Shown here: piece by piece, positions 20,101 through 33,390 of the stretch
Numbering within the stretch: the stretch's first letter is position 1
How the letters are laid out: every line of letters begins with the position of its first letter
DNA from: Coniocarpon cinnabarinum
Lineage: Eukaryota
Assembly (NCBI GenBank): GCA_051942205.1
Contig: JAVECO010000115.1
Span: forward strand, 1 to 64,000
Reading direction: 5' to 3'
Length of the DNA stretch: 64,000 nt
The notes under the pieces: model-generated
Seen by the model: the letters and a program-made list of their open reading frames with translations, nothing else
What the model was told of the DNA's origin: nothing
The model's database searches: none
Position numbers and translations under genes: made by a program

Positions 20101-23100
20101 TTCACAGTCCTGAAGCGAAACTGCCCCAGGCCGGAGTACAAGGTGACCTTGGTGGATGTAATAAGGGCAGTCGCAGCAGAATTCATTTTGCAATAAGGCA
20201 GGGCTTCCGATGACTTTAATTCGTTATGTTTCGCCACGTCTTGCGTAGAGTCATGGCAGAAAAGCCTATTAAACTGCCATCAACGGTCATACGCATGGGA
20301 AAAGTGACGGTCTGCATGCACTGTGATTGGCTGCAGGGCTAATGCCGGGCCTAGAACGGAAAGTATTATGTCTTTTTGGCTGGCGGGATCTCCTAACTCT
20401 CAGCTACTTCTTATTGCAATGTAGGGCGAGATTCTGCCTCTTTTGACATGTGTCTCATATCATGATCTTGCCATCTTGCTCTTACAATTGTGCATCATCA
20501 TCGAACACACCGCGCAAGGTGGGCTCTGCGCTTTCTGCGTCTCGAGCATGCTGTGAAAGGGTGGCGGAGGTATGTACGCGTTCGGGCAGTTATCATGTCC
20601 GTTTGGACCGTCTAGTTGATACAGTACGACGGACAGATGGGCACACAAAGCCTGGATCTGAAACCCCACCCTGTGGCAGAAAAGGTTTCGGGGTCTGCTC
20701 GAAGCCGTCGTGCATTGAAGAGCAACGGGAGAGGTTAAGGTGGTCACTCAAGGGCTAGTGGCCGTAACGGGAAAATATTAGGTACCTGTAGCCTGAGTTG
20801 CAAGGCAAACACACGCACCGATCTTCGAGAAGCCGACCGGGCTGTTTTGACTTTTTGGTGTATTCTTCCAATTGAAGTAGTTACTTTCTTAACTTCAACC
20901 CGTTGAGGGCTTCGGTGCGCCGTTACCAGAACCCAAGATCGCCCTCTTGCAGCCTCGAATGTCATTGGAAGTAGCTCCAAGGTCCAGCACGTGTTGGACG
21001 TCGCCCACCACTGTGAACCGAGTCCTTGGTATCTTTCTGCTGATTCACATCGCACAAACAGCTTCTTAGATCTCGCTCGCTAAGCAGATTTTCTGATTGA
21101 CGTGTCCTGCATCTGATCCAGCCTTGTGCGCGACAGTGAGGCCGACACGCCTAATGGGGTGTTAAAGAGATATACCTACAACAAAGCTGCTAGAAACCTA
21201 AATTGAAGCTCTTAGGAAAGGCTGCGGGCTGGCCCTGATCGTAGGTACCGATAGGTCCATAATCGCTCGAACTTAATAGGCGAGAACCTGTCCCATTCAA
21301 TGGCTCTAAATCGGCTGCATTAGTCTTGCCAGCGCCTTGGAATAGGAAGGCCCGCTAAACTTCCGAAGGCGCCTGGGAATACGAGTCCATGGCCTTGGGT
21401 CCTACTGCTCGTTATGCACACGTGTCGAGCAAATATGGACCTGGCGATTCATGGCTTGGATTTGATCCCATTGGTCACCAGTCTGCTGGTGAAGTGACGA
21501 TGTCGGTACGAAGGTGATGGAGTTGCCATCTGGTAGAAAACGATACTCGGGATTTCCGATGTCTTGCTTGTCATTACGCATATGCTGACGACCGTATCGC
21601 CACCATCGAAAGTCCGACTGGTGTTGCGCACCCGACCGTTGCTCGTGTTCTGCGGATCCTTTTGCCCGAGACCAGTTCGTCATTGAGGGCACATGTGGCC
21701 AGGTGAGAATGACGAGGAAATGTGTCTCACCATCAATCGCCCGGGAAATGTTTAGTTCAACGACCTATCGTTCTGATGACGACGCCTTCGAGCAAAGCGA
21801 AAGTCATGTTCTACTACCGATCGCGAGCTGAACCCAGGTGGCTTGTGTCGTCTTACGATCGAGCCCACATTCCAGCGTTCAACTGGATCTTCCTTGTAAT
21901 CAGAGATCTAGATTCTGGGAATTGCTAAATGTGAGTTCGAGAACCGTCTCAATGAACCAAAAAATTACTTGCAGTCTGGCCCTCCCTAGAGAAAGCCAGT
22001 GAGCCTCGGAAGAATTTAGCGAGTCTGAAAGCGTCATTTGCCGCATGCCACCACAAGTGATAAGTCAAATCGCTTTCCACACCGAAGCAGCTGAGTCACG
22101 GCTCCAAAAGCATTCTCTTCGTCCAATGAAAATGCTTTGCTCGCATCTCGACGCTATGTGACAGATTCGTGTCGGCACTAACAATGCCTATTCGCTTTTG
22201 CATGGATTGTGCTTCCATCGCACGTGTGATTCTCGCAGCAGCCACAAGCCTCTGCCTGCCTGTGCTGTGGCTGCGGCAAGTATCGTGTTTGCCCACTGAC
22301 CCTCTGAAGGTTTATTGACCAGCTGCTGGGCAAAGCATAGCATGATGTGCATGCTCCGGCTATCTGGATGTCAGAGAAAAGCTGAGGGAACAACGTATGC
22401 ATTGATTGATTGCAAAGCGTTTAAGGCAACTGGGCTGTCTCGAAAATCATCACGCAGCAACACGTGTCAAGTTCACACTGCAAATGACAGCAAAACCCCG
22501 CTGCTCTGCAGCGTCTCCAAGTCTCAGTCCCTGCTGCACCTCCGGAGCATCGAAGTCAAAGACAAAGCTCAAACCAGGATGTCGTCCAGATTGAGTGTCA
22601 GAACGATGGTAAGGTATTGCTCTGCATCCGGTGCGGAGCCTTGCAGCGCGACCGATTTTTGCAATATGTATATGAAATGCAGGGGAATGGATAGGTAGCT
22701 GTTAAGACGAAAGAATCAGTTTGTGAGTGCCACCCTGGAACTGCTGGGTTAAGGCTGAGAGCGACAATAGGTAGCTTCACGTGTAACAGTACGCGTAAAC
22801 GGGTGTAGAGAAGCTAAAAGCTTATTCTTTTATCTAACGTGGCTTGCTATGCTGCCGCTCTTATGTTGCACAGCTAAGTTACTTTATTATTGCAAATCGT
22901 TATTAGCAGCAAGACGCCGGCAATTCTAGAAACAATTGTTTGAGAGGCGTTATTTAAAGAAGACCTCGTACTGTAGATTTATTACGCTTCTGTAGAGCAG
23001 GCTACCTAGACACTAAAGAGGTAATCAGCGTCTTAATTAGAAAACGCGTATAAAAGAGAGCCTTTTCTGAACTGGAAATTACTCTTTAAAGCCGTATCTC

Positions 23101-23234
23101 TTCTATCTATCCCTATAGTAGAGCGTACCGTTCACAGTATAGCGACTCTCCTACGATAGCACCAAATTGATCCCAATCCCCCAGCGCCGCGCTAAAACGA
23201 CACATAATCCATCAATCATGCACCTCATAACTCC

Positions 23235-24601
23235 TCAAGCCTTCTTCGCCGCCCCCTGAATCTGCTCCATCCGCTTCTGGGCGGCAGCACGTTCCTTCCA
23301 GGCCGCGCGAATCTCCTGCGTCTCCCGAATCAACTGCGCCCGGCTCACCGCATCCTCGATACTCTGCTGCACCTTGTCGACGACAGACACGTGATTGCCT
23401 TCGTTCTTGTCCTCGCGCCAGCGGTTGAAGCGCCACCGGCCTTGGCCGTCTTTGTGGCATTCGATCACAGCGCCCTCCAGGCCGTCGTCGTGGTCGATGG
23501 CGTATTGTTTCATGGTTGTCCACTCCTGGGGTTCGACGTGGAGATCGGCGAAGTAGTCGTATTCATTGTTGCCGACGTGGGACCAGAGTTCGAACTTCGG
23601 GAGGGCGTTGTAGTCGCGGTCCCAGCCGTTGTCCTGGAGAGTTATTGTCAGCACTCATAGGATCTTGAAGCATTCCAAGACGCTTAGTGACAGGCGCGCC
23701 ATGGGGTGGTTCAGTGTATAAATGCATGAATATCACATACCTCTCCTGCTGCTCCGTTCGTGCCATTCTGAACCACTGGTGGGAATTGTAATGACAGTCG
23801 GAAGTCGATCGTGTTCTCCTCAGCTGGCTTCCACTTCAGGATGTTCTCGTCCGTGCCATAGCGATAAGGCGTCTCGCGGCAAGTGAAAATGAGTCCGTCA
23901 CAGCCATGCTTCAGATTCGGCATGATTTCATTGAACATCATCTCCGTCGCGTAGCTGAGCTGAAAGTCCTTCTTCTCTAATCGAAACAGAAACGTCGTGT
24001 CTTCCGGGAACGTTTCAAGGAGCTTCACGTAAGGCTGATAGACCTTTTCCATGAAGTAAGCGAGGCGCTTGTCGAGCGTGCGGTTGGTCAGGTCGTCTCC
24101 GTCCAACGTCAGACAGTCAAAGACGAGGTATTTGAGGATGCGGTCACCGTTGTGATAGGTATCCCACAACAATTCTCCATCAAGCACGGTGCGTGTGTGA
24201 AAGCTTTCCCACTCAATTTCTCCAGGTTTGCCATCAGGGCGGGGATCTGGAGCCTTGGGAGCATGGAAGCCAGGCATGCCATTGTCTGCTCTGACTTGCG
24301 GAACGTAGTAGTAATCATTCTTGCGGTCGATGAAGTACTGGACTTCTTGGTTCTTGTCATCTTGAGTCATGAAGAGCAGACATCGTACGCCGTCCGACTT
24401 CTCGCAGAGGAAGTAGTCGCGCTCTTTCAGAGCTTTGATGTGGTGTCGGGCAAAAGAAACGGGCTGGGCGCCGGGGAAGCGGTGGCAGTTCTCTTGCAGC
24501 ACTTCACCGATGGTGTTCTTCAGCGGGCTTGTGAACTCTGCCGGAGCTTTGGAGAAGCCGATGGCGGCTAAGTCGGGGACTGAAGATTGCGTGGGAGCCA
24601 T
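23235..24601 (-). CDS. CEG1: mRNA capping enzyme alpha subunit (guanylyltransferase)
   Basis: FPGAQPVSF, motif I CEKSDG, VLDGEL, DGLIF, LKWKP and WRFNRWREDK; intron 23740-23634. Confidence 0.96.
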
Positions 24602-24996
24602 GTTGCGCAAAGCTACTTGTTGAGGTAGCAGCCTGGGAGAGTCTCGTGTTTACATGATGTTATGTAGCAGCACGCCGACGCAAAGAGGCAGGCGAGTGGC
24701 AATGCAGTAAACAAAACACTGGAAATTACTGTGTAGGTTTGACAAAAACTATTAGACAGCAGCAACCGCAATTCATTGTCAGACCATCATACCGCTAGAC
24801 AGCCGTCACACAAAGTTTCACGTGTGCTGGGAAACTGATACCAATGCAGGAACGCTTGGTCAAAGCTTCAAGCCAGGGTCTTTTCAGCCCTAAAATCTCG
24901 AGATCTGGAATGATCTCACCATTCGTGTGTAAATGCCCTTCGATGTGAGGCTTCTGTGAGAACAGCAGTCCACGACAGGCACTACGATCACGCGAC

Positions 24997-26039
24997 ATGA
25001 GCTCGAAAACACTCTGCAGCAGCTGTTTGCGCAACCTTCACCACCAAATTCGTACGAAATACTATAGGCCGTATGCTCCAATCGCCTCCTTACAACACAG
25101 TTCTGCTGGGCGAAACGTCGGCGTTCAGAAGTCATTCAGCATATTTGCCAGCCGGCGAGCGTCCACAGTCACTGGCAATGATGCCGCATCTCGTAATCTC
25201 GATCTACCTAAAGATATACCCGCAGGCTCAAAATCAGACAACGGCCCTCAGGGCCAAGGCGGTAATGCTCTAGAGCAGTACGATGCCATTGGCGCTACCC
25301 AAGCTCTCTTCAAAGAGTGCGCTTCGCAGGCCGACTACACCATTCCACAAGCATTTGATCGAAAGCTAGAGATCCCTAAGAATACCACGGGCGAGGATAT
25401 CGGCGAAGGATATGGATGGTGGTATGAATGTACGTTCATCGCCTGTTTGAGGCTCTTCTCATGGCGAAGTGCATGAGCTGACACACGACAGCACTCGGTC
25501 TCACACCTACTTTCAACACCTGGGCCCAAGTAACCATGCTCCACCTCTACCTCCTGACCGTCCGCTTCCGCTACTTCACTCCCGACCAGTCAAAATCCTG
25601 GCAACAGCATCTGCACGATCACTTCTTCTACGAATGCGAACACCGCATGACCATCTTCCACGGCATGAGTGCGCGCTCCATCCGAAACCGCAACCTCAAA
25701 GAATTATACAACCAATGGCGAGGCATGATTGGGGCGTACGATGAAGGACTGATCAAAGGAGATGCGGTGCTGGGCACGGCCGTGTGGCGGAATATCTTCA
25801 AGGCGGATGAGCATGTCGATTGGCGGGATGTGGCGATGGTGACGAGTTTCATGAGACGCGGTTTAAAGGCGTTAGATAAGGCGCAAGACAAGACGATTGC
25901 GAGCGCGAGCGTACGCTTTGGTAGTCCCGCTGGCGAGAAAGCTGTAGTGAGCAAGCCGAGCTCATTAATAGCAAGGCCTTTAGGCAAGGATGATGAAACT
26001 GCGCTGAAGGAACTCATGGAAGGTAAGAAGGAGAAATAA
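24997..26039 (+). CDS. CBP3: Ubiquinol-cytochrome c reductase assembly chaperone Cbp3
   Basis: Mitochondrial-type N-terminus; intron 25430-25491; PTFNTWAQVTMLHLYLLTVRFR and QWRGMIGAYDEGLIKGDAVLGTAVWRNIF. Confidence 0.92.
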
Positions 26040-26200
26040 GTCAGACTTCAGAATGCACAACAGGATGCAGAACAAGACATACAGTTCGGTATGTCTATCA
26101 GCGCAGATTTTAGCTGCTGCTGCTTTGACTCATCATCATTATCTCCATAAGCTTTTATCGTCACATCTCAAGCAGGCTCGTAACCAGCCTGTATGGTTGT

Positions 26201-28354
26201 CTATACTATGATACAAAAGATTAAGACTGAGAGGGGGCCAAGCCAGAAGCTCACAGCAGGCCGGCCAGCGGCGTTCGGATAATACACAGCGCCAGGTGCA
26301 TTGCAAGTCGGGGCACCGTCTTTGCCAACATTCCGAGTCCCATAATTCATGCTTTCAAGCCAGCTGTCGGGTTCGGGACAGGAGAAGCCCAACGCCGCTG
26401 GACACGTCCGGACGAGGTCATAACAGAGGTCTTTGCAAGGCAGTACTTCCATGTAGGGGCCAGGCTGAATCTGTTCTCCAATGGTGTCGTTATTGCGGGA
26501 ACTATTCGTGGCGATCCAATTCTGTTGCAAAGAATCCATTTGAGGTATGATTCCAAAGTTGTATGCGGAGTTTGGCACTGGTTTCTGAGCGAGGTTTCGC
26601 GGAAATAGGTAATTTGTTTTGATCTCGTGAGGCTGAGGTGAAGCGGATGGCACGGCGTTCTGGAACCGTGAAGTCTTCTCAGTCTCTGTCGACGATGAGG
26701 AAGAAGAGATCGACGATGCAAGATCTGTCATTGAAGCGGCGGGCGATGGATCGTAGGTGTATGATTCGGTCGGGATGGCTGACGGCGAGCCGTCCCAATT
26801 CAGCCAATTTGGATTATAATTTGTACTAAAATCTTCACACTTCGGTATTGTGACGGCACAGAGCCACTTCTTGTATGCATTCTTGCAATCCGTGCAATTG
26901 ACTGCTAGGGAGTACTGACTTGATGGAGTTGTGTTGCAGGGGATCTGCTGGAGCGAGTATGAGAAATTCTGAAACATATTCTGTGTTGCCTTGTCATAGA
27001 GCTCAACAAGACTTTGACTTGAATGCCGAGCAGGATTTGCTGGTACTGCATAATTTACTTGGTCACAGAAGGTGAGGTTGTAGATGACCGCGCAATTTTC
27101 GTCACTCTTGGTAGTGAAATTCATAACAGGATAAAGGACGCCACCGCCTCCCATGACCGGATCTCGGTAGGTACCATTGATGGTGTTCAGTTGACCGAGG
27201 TATAGTGACGAACGATTGAGCCCCGGAACGTAGAACTGCTCCTCGAGCTCATACGCAGGTTGCGCATGGGTCAAGCCCATCTCGACGCCGCTATTGGCAG
27301 CTTCTGGCAAGTGAACGTTTCCTTGGATTTGTGCAAGCTGCGAGAGAGCGCAAAAAGAATTCCGTAGACCATTGAGACCAGTGTAATTGATATTATTGGC
27401 AAAGACGCCCAAAGGAGGTCCATATTCCAAGTGCGCCAAAGACTGGTTCGCTTGAATTGCGGTCCAGTTGCCCAGACCCTGGGTAATGAGTAGCCCTGCA
27501 TGTGCATCGCTATCAATGAGCTTCAAGGACACAGGTGTAGTTGTGTCAATTGAGTGATACGGGCCATCGCGTGAAGCTGCGAGGTCAAAGTTCCACGGCC
27601 TATTGCCGCCGATATTTGCTTCAGGTGATGTGATCTGTATAATGACTGAATTGTCGGTTGTTACGTTGAATGAAGCAAAGCCCTGCTCAAGGACTGTCGA
27701 CCTCCAAGCGTCTGAGCCTGGCCCACGCGCTGTTCGGTATGCCATCGAAAGCTGTGGAGGATTGGCAATGTCTTGGGGTTTCGTAAAATTGGGCATGAAG
27801 CATGTGTTGATCGATATCCAGACTTCACGCGCGGTCGACGCCTGTCTTTTTTCAACTCCAATTTCAAGCACTTCACTAGTTTCTAGATCCAATTGCTGTG
27901 CTCCATTCGGCTGCGAAATCTCGTCCTCGTCCTCAGTCTCATCCTGATCACGACGGCGTAGACTGTCGTGAAAGTCTTCATCGTGCAGAGCTTGACGCGC
28001 TTGCGGCTGTGGAGTCGCTAGAGCCTGGAAGGAATAGTAAAGCGTAGAGCCAGGAGGGAGCTGATAATTAGTCGGTTGGTTGTTGCCAATGTTGGTTGGA
28101 ACAGGAGTATTCTGCTGCCGTGCGACTATCTCGTGGTTGACGTCGGGAATGCTCTGGAGGTGCTGCACCTTGCTGCCGGCGTGGGGAGAGTGACTGTCGG
28201 CATCCTCTTGCGCCTCTTGCCCTGCGGTATGGGTCTCTCCGACAAGGTCTGTGCCGTCTGATATGCAATGAGAAAGATTTACTAGAAATGTCAACGCAAT
28301 GAGAAGAACTAGACAGCCCAATCTGTAAGGCCCTCGGTGACTGGTGATAGGCAT
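26201..28354 (-). CDS. MID1: Stretch-activated calcium channel component Mid1
   Basis: Signal peptide; VWISINTC, NCAVIYNLTFCDQVNYAVP, QQIPC..YSLAVNCTDCKNAYKKWLCAVTIPKC and PYMEVLPCKDLCYDLVRTCPAALGFSCP. Confidence 0.94.
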   Translation of the reverse strand: MPITSHRGPYRLGCLVLLIALTFLVNLSHCISDGTDLVGETHTAGQEAQEDADSHSPHAGSKVQHLQSIPDVNHEIVARQQNTPVPTNIGNNQPTNYQLPPGSTLYYSFQALATPQPQARQALHDEDFHDSLRRRDQDETEDEDEISQPNGAQQLDLETSEVLEIGVEKRQASTAREVWISINTCFMPNFTKPQDIANPPQLSMAYRTARGPGSDAWRSTVLEQGFASFNVTTDNSVIIQITSPEANIGGNRPWNFDLAASRDGPYHSIDTTTPVSLKLIDSDAHAGLLITQGLGNWTAIQANQSLAHLEYGPPLGVFANNINYTGLNGLRNSFCALSQLAQIQGNVHLPEAANSGVEMGLTHAQPAYELEEQFYVPGLNRSSLYLGQLNTINGTYRDPVMGGGGVLYPVMNFTTKSDENCAVIYNLTFCDQVNYAVPANPARHSSQSLVELYDKATQNMFQNFSYSLQQIPCNTTPSSQYSLAVNCTDCKNAYKKWLCAVTIPKCEDFSTNYNPNWLNWDGSPSAIPTESYTYDPSPAASMTDLASSISSSSSSTETEKTSRFQNAVPSASPQPHEIKTNYLFPRNLAQKPVPNSAYNFGIIPQMDSLQQNWIATNSSRNNDTIGEQIQPGPYMEVLPCKDLCYDLVRTCPAALGFSCPEPDSWLESMNYGTRNVGKDGAPTCNAPGAVYYPNAAGRPAVSFWLGPLSVLIFCIIV

Positions 28355-28735
28355 GCTTTGAAGGGCAAAACTTCATCGAATGTGGCCAACAGGCATGCTG
28401 CTATCAACTCAGGATACGCTCAAAGTGCAGCAGATCCCTTTTGCGAGGCGGCCGCAGGGACGAGAATAGGAAACGATCAAAGTCAGCGAGTGTGATTGAG
28501 CGAGTTGAGACCAAATGTGAGGAAACTGCTGGAGAGAGTCGAATGACAGGGATCGACAGGGATCGACAGCCCCGACCACGTCAGCGCATGCCCCTAATTT
28601 ATAGCGCCTGGCGGGCCTACCCGTCCCCATATGCTCGTCTCCAAAATCTAAGGTACAAGCTGAGCTTCACCATTCTCCCCAAACCAGCATGTAGACCTCT
28701 GCGACGCAATTACGAAGCCTGACTGGCTGTTCAGT

Positions 28736-29848
28736 ATGACTACCGGCGGCTTTCAAGATGAGAGCACATGGCGCAACCCGAACGTTGCGCTTTCCATGGG
28801 CGGCGTTCATGAAAACACGGGTGAATCACTGCCGCTGTGGACATGATACTATGCAGCGAATGCTGATGCTTCAACTCAAGTGCTTTACTATTTCGCCGAA
28901 TCGCCATTCTATGATCGTGAATCCAACAATGCGATTGTTATCACCCAAATGTCGGCCACGAATCCGGCGGCGATCAGCACTCGTCAAGGTTTTGAAGCAG
29001 AGGTCAGCAAGCTGAGCGGCTTGGAGTTTAGAGTCGTTGAGAGTCATTCCAACTACGGCCCAGACATTGTCAATGGAGGTCGCTGGACTATCCGGAAGCA
29101 AATGCGCGAGAAGCGTGAGAGACCGTTTAATGACACAATCACCGTCCTTGCGACGTTCTACGTAATTGGGGATGTCATTTGCAAATCTTCCTCCCTAGGG
29201 AACGTGCTGCATGCCAGGATGCTGGATTCAATGCAGTCCATGGAGAAGCTCATCCAGAAGACCTCCAATCTATCTCACTTTACGCCAGCTCGCGGGCACG
29301 AGTACATCAAGCAGCCAGCCAAGGATACTGACAGGTCCCGCACTGACTCCGTCGTGGAGAGTCGGGTCAGCACACCAGCGTTAGGTGCAGAAGATGCCAT
29401 CATGAGCGGTACTCAGGACTCCAGCGAGACCTCCAAAACTGCTGCAAATGTGTCTGGCTCATCGGCAGCGGGTTCCAGAGCTATCCTGAATGCTTTTCAG
29501 GTGTTTGCTCGCTACGGAAATGAATATATGGACGACGTGGAACTTGTTGGCGAGCCAGGCAACTTCAGCTTCAAAGTTACGGAGAGTGCGAGATCTCAAG
29601 CGACGCAAGCTTCTCAGTCACAGGCCACTGAGAAATCTACGGAGAAGTTCTTGGGGTCGACCGCTCTTTCGCAAGAAACCAAGGAGACAGTAGCATCACC
29701 AAAACCAGACATGGAGTCTGGTATAGACACAGATTCAGGACTCCTCGCCCCACGACCAAAAACCAAGCGTAAGAAAAGCAAAGCACCAACGTCCCCAGCC
29801 AGTCCACTGGCGACTGCTACGAGTCCAATGTCTCCCAAAGTTTCATGA
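28736..29848 (+). CDS. MED6: Mediator subunit Med6
   Basis: Spliced N-terminus MTTGGFQDESTWRNP...GGVHENT/VLYYFAESPFYDRESNNA (intron 28821-28880); GLEF, WTIRKQ and YMDDVELVGEPGNF. Confidence 0.92.
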
Positions 29849-30012
29849 GCTTTTGACGGCTTCGACATTCCACTGGCAACACGACACGTGACTCTTCAAG
29901 ATCGTAGCAGAGGATTACCTCTTTGGGGTGTGTTGTATGACCGTGGCGCTTTCGCGTCGAACCTTTAGCTGATGTTCTTTCGACGAGGCGCAAGTATGCG
30001 CCATCGGTCTCA

Positions 30013-31146
30013 ATGTCAAGCCAGGCGGACAATGACGAATTGGACGAGAACGGGCTTCCCACGCCTCAGTTTCCACCGCATGGCGACAAACCACGAGTAT
30101 GGTTTCTCACGGCTGCTGACTCGCCCATTGGCATTGCGCTAGTCAGGCATCTACTGGAACATGGGGATAACGTAGTCGCAGCAATCAGCTCCACCCAGTT
30201 TGCAAAGGCAGACGCCTATTTCCCAGACTTTGCACAGCTGATTAATGAGATACACAGTAACAATGACTGGAACAAGGCATTCCACGAGGTGCCTCTAAAC
30301 TCTAAACTTATTGCCGACTGCCAAGCAGCCATCGCTACAGCTGTGAGAGTATTTGGTCGAGTCGACATACTATTCTGCTGCCAGAGCGAGGCATTGTTTG
30401 GGACCGTGGAGGAGTTAGCACAGTCAAGCATTGTGCACAGCGCCGTGCAATCGCAATTTCAGACTATATTTTTTGGACCAGTCAACATCATCAAATCAGC
30501 GCTACCGACTTTGAGAGCTCAAAGAAGTGGTCACATTGTAATGCTGACAGGTATCACCGGCCACCTCGGAACGCCCGGCTTGAGCGTGTACTGCGCCAGT
30601 CAATGGGCCATTGAAGGCTACGTTGACAGCCTTGCTTATGAGGTTGCACCCTTCGACATCAAGGTTTCGATCGTGCAATCCAGCATAGAAGTCTCTGTGC
30701 TCACGAATCCGATCGTGGCTGCCCCGCCCATGCCTGAATATGGCAGCGAAAAACATGGTGCCCCTCTTGCACGGAGAATATTTGCCCGGCTTCTGGACAG
30801 TCTCGATCAGTCCACTGCCCCTAGAGACACCGAAGACGGCGGATCCAGTACACTACCAGAAGAGATGCAAAGAATGCGACTCGAGAACGAGCTCCTGAAT
30901 AATGACACACTAACACAGATAAGAGCGCCTTTACCTACTTCGTTTCGTGACCAACTACTCGCGGAAACCGTACACGCTGTATTGGCTATTGGCGGCCACA
31001 GCACACCTCCAGCGAGGCACATCGTCGGCCACGAGGGTGTTGCGAGCGTGAAGGAGAAGTTGCTGACTGCTGGTCAGGAACTGGAGGAGTTTGTGGAAGT
31101 GAGCGCCGCTGCCGACCTTCCGGAAGCTGCACGCATGCAAAGCTGA
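30013..31146 (+). CDS. Short-chain dehydrogenase/reductase family protein with atypical motifs
   Basis: RVWFLTAADSPIG, FGRVDIL, LRAQRSGHIV and YCASQWAIEGYVDSLAYEVAPFDIKVSIV. Confidence 0.85.
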   Translation: MSSQADNDELDENGLPTPQFPPHGDKPRVWFLTAADSPIGIALVRHLLEHGDNVVAAISSTQFAKADAYFPDFAQLINEIHSNNDWNKAFHEVPLNSKLIADCQAAIATAVRVFGRVDILFCCQSEALFGTVEELAQSSIVHSAVQSQFQTIFFGPVNIIKSALPTLRAQRSGHIVMLTGITGHLGTPGLSVYCASQWAIEGYVDSLAYEVAPFDIKVSIVQSSIEVSVLTNPIVAAPPMPEYGSEKHGAPLARRIFARLLDSLDQSTAPRDTEDGGSSTLPEEMQRMRLENELLNNDTLTQIRAPLPTSFRDQLLAETVHAVLAIGGHSTPPARHIVGHEGVASVKEKLLTAGQELEEFVEVSAAADLPEAARMQS

Positions 31147-31814
31147 GCAATGCTGCTTCGCTTTTGGGAGATTGCTTTTGACCACCCGACAGACACATCG
31201 GATCCTAGGGTCATGGACAAGCACTGCGCCTGCGACCGCTGTGCATACGTGACGATGCCTTCGACTGACACGCTGTTCGTGCACGTGCAGGCGTTCGTCC
31301 AGATTCACAGCCTGCGTTGAAGGGACTTCGAATTAGGCCTGGAACCTGACAATATTGATCTACTGATGAAAGTGCTGGCGGAGGCGCGAGCGCGATAGAG
31401 CTACTGGGCACCGCATGACTGAATCAGCTTTTCAACTAGGATGGATGTGAAGATTTGGCCGTCATCTCTGACTTCTTCTCCGGCTTTCATGCGGTTGGTA
31501 AGACTTCAAAACCACAGTGCTTGAGAACAATCTTCGCACTACCACCACCAGCAAAGCTACTTAACAAGGCCGAATGGGTATACACTCAAAAAGTGCATTC
31601 GATCCCTGAGGAAGTTGATTGATGGCTTCTAGTTTTGTTCCTCTATGTGATGCTATCTGATGGGATACGAATGCAGTAATATGCTTCTTTTGTAACAATC
31701 CCGCTGTACAACGCCCCACGCCATGCTATGCGACTAAGCATCACAAATGGTATATCCAACATGATCATCGTTTCTCAACCCCGACTCCCATCAAAAATAC
31801 CCCTCCCGTAATCC

Positions 31815-33390
31815 TCACATCATGTTCGCAAGCGGATTATGTTGCGCATACGCCATTGGCTGTCCTCATTTAGCACACGATCAACCCAATCGGAACCACG
31901 GGGCTTCACGTACCTTGATGTCCGGATGCGGCACGGCGTCATATTTAGTAAACTGCAGCTTATAATCACTCTTAATCGTGATATACGCGCCCTTGTTTTC
32001 AGTGCTATCGCAGTATTTCGGTGCGCTGAAAACAGTCACGCAGCGCTTCTCGTGCTCCTCGCTGTACCCCTCCATTCGCACCTCATGACTCCGGATCACA
32101 GCCTCGAGCCCATTCCGCTCACAGAACCGTTTCGTAACATCCGGTCCAAATTGCATGCCTACGCCTCTCTTACTGGGTCCGCGTCCTGGATCGTCCTGCG
32201 GGTCTGTCCAGAGCATCTCCATCATTAGCCCGGATTGGCCCGGTTGCCGCTGGGCATGTCGATCGAGCTTGCGCACGTCGTCGAGGGTTATGTTATCATC
32301 TGAGAAGAGGCCGCCGTGGAGGACGAAGTATTTTTCGCCGATGAGATGGGCCAGCGGTAATGCGGAGAAGCTCTCCGAGAAGAGCTTGAAGACGCGGTCG
32401 TGGGTATATTTTGCGCGGCATTCGCCTTCGAAGCCGTACATGCGGTTCATGTCGTCAGTCTCGTGGTTGCCGCGGTTGAGGTAAAACTTGCTAGGTCGCA
32501 GCCACTTGTAGGCGTATAGTAATAGCGCTATCTCGGTGGACCAGGAGCCGCGGTCGACGAAGTCGCCGTTGAAGAGGTAGGCGTGGGTGTCGGAGGGGAA
32601 GCCGGCGAGCTCGAAGAGGTGGAGCAGGTCGAAGAACTGACCGTGCGTGTCGCCGCAGACAGTTAGGGTTTCGTCGTCTTTTATGGAGACTTCGGGCATG
32701 GTGGGCTCGGCTTTGACGATGTCGCGTACCGCGAGCACCATGGTGTAGACATATTTTCTGTGTATGCGCTTGCCGTTCTTGAAGCGGTGGATCATATCGT
32801 CGATGAACTCTTGCGTCATGCCTTTCTCTTTGTCGAGCGCCACGCCATCGTAGGAGCTCTCCACTGTCATCGAGTCTAGGTCGAGTCCTTCCGCTGCGGA
32901 GGGCTGCGGACCGACCTCGATGGCCTTGAGGAAGGCATCTCGCTTGACGATCTTTTGACACTCTTCGCACTGTGTCTTCGCGATGGCGTCGTTGGGCTGT
33001 TTCTTGACGACGATCTTCCAGTCGCGGAGAGCGTCGGAGTGCTTGAGGATAGCAGTGTTGGCGACGGCGCGGCGGTAGAAGGCCTTGGTGAGGTCCGGAT
33101 CGAGGTCGAGCGCGCGGCTTGCATCCGCAATAGCAAGGCCATATGCTTCGAGTTTGATGTGAGCCTAAGCTATGCAGTTAGCAAGTTATACTCGGCTCAG
33201 TTGCGGACTCGAGACGAAGCAGTGCTGAGGTGGTACAAGAACGGACCTGCGCTCGATTTGTGTAAAAAGTAGGTTCGTCACTGTTGGACTCGATAGCTTT
33301 GGAATAGCACTCGATCGCTCGAGGCCAGTCGTGCTGCTTGAAAGCTTTGTTGCCCTCGTCCTTGAGGGCAACGGCATCCGCCGCACCCAT
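31815..33390 (-). CDS. PPT1: Serine/threonine protein phosphatase 5 (TPR plus PPP domain)
   Basis: N-terminal TPRs (ALKDEGNKAF..AIECYSKAIE); GDTHGQ, GDFVDRGSWS, RGNHE and FSAPKYCD; last intron 31913-31860 leads to PMAYA..MM*. Confidence 0.96.
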
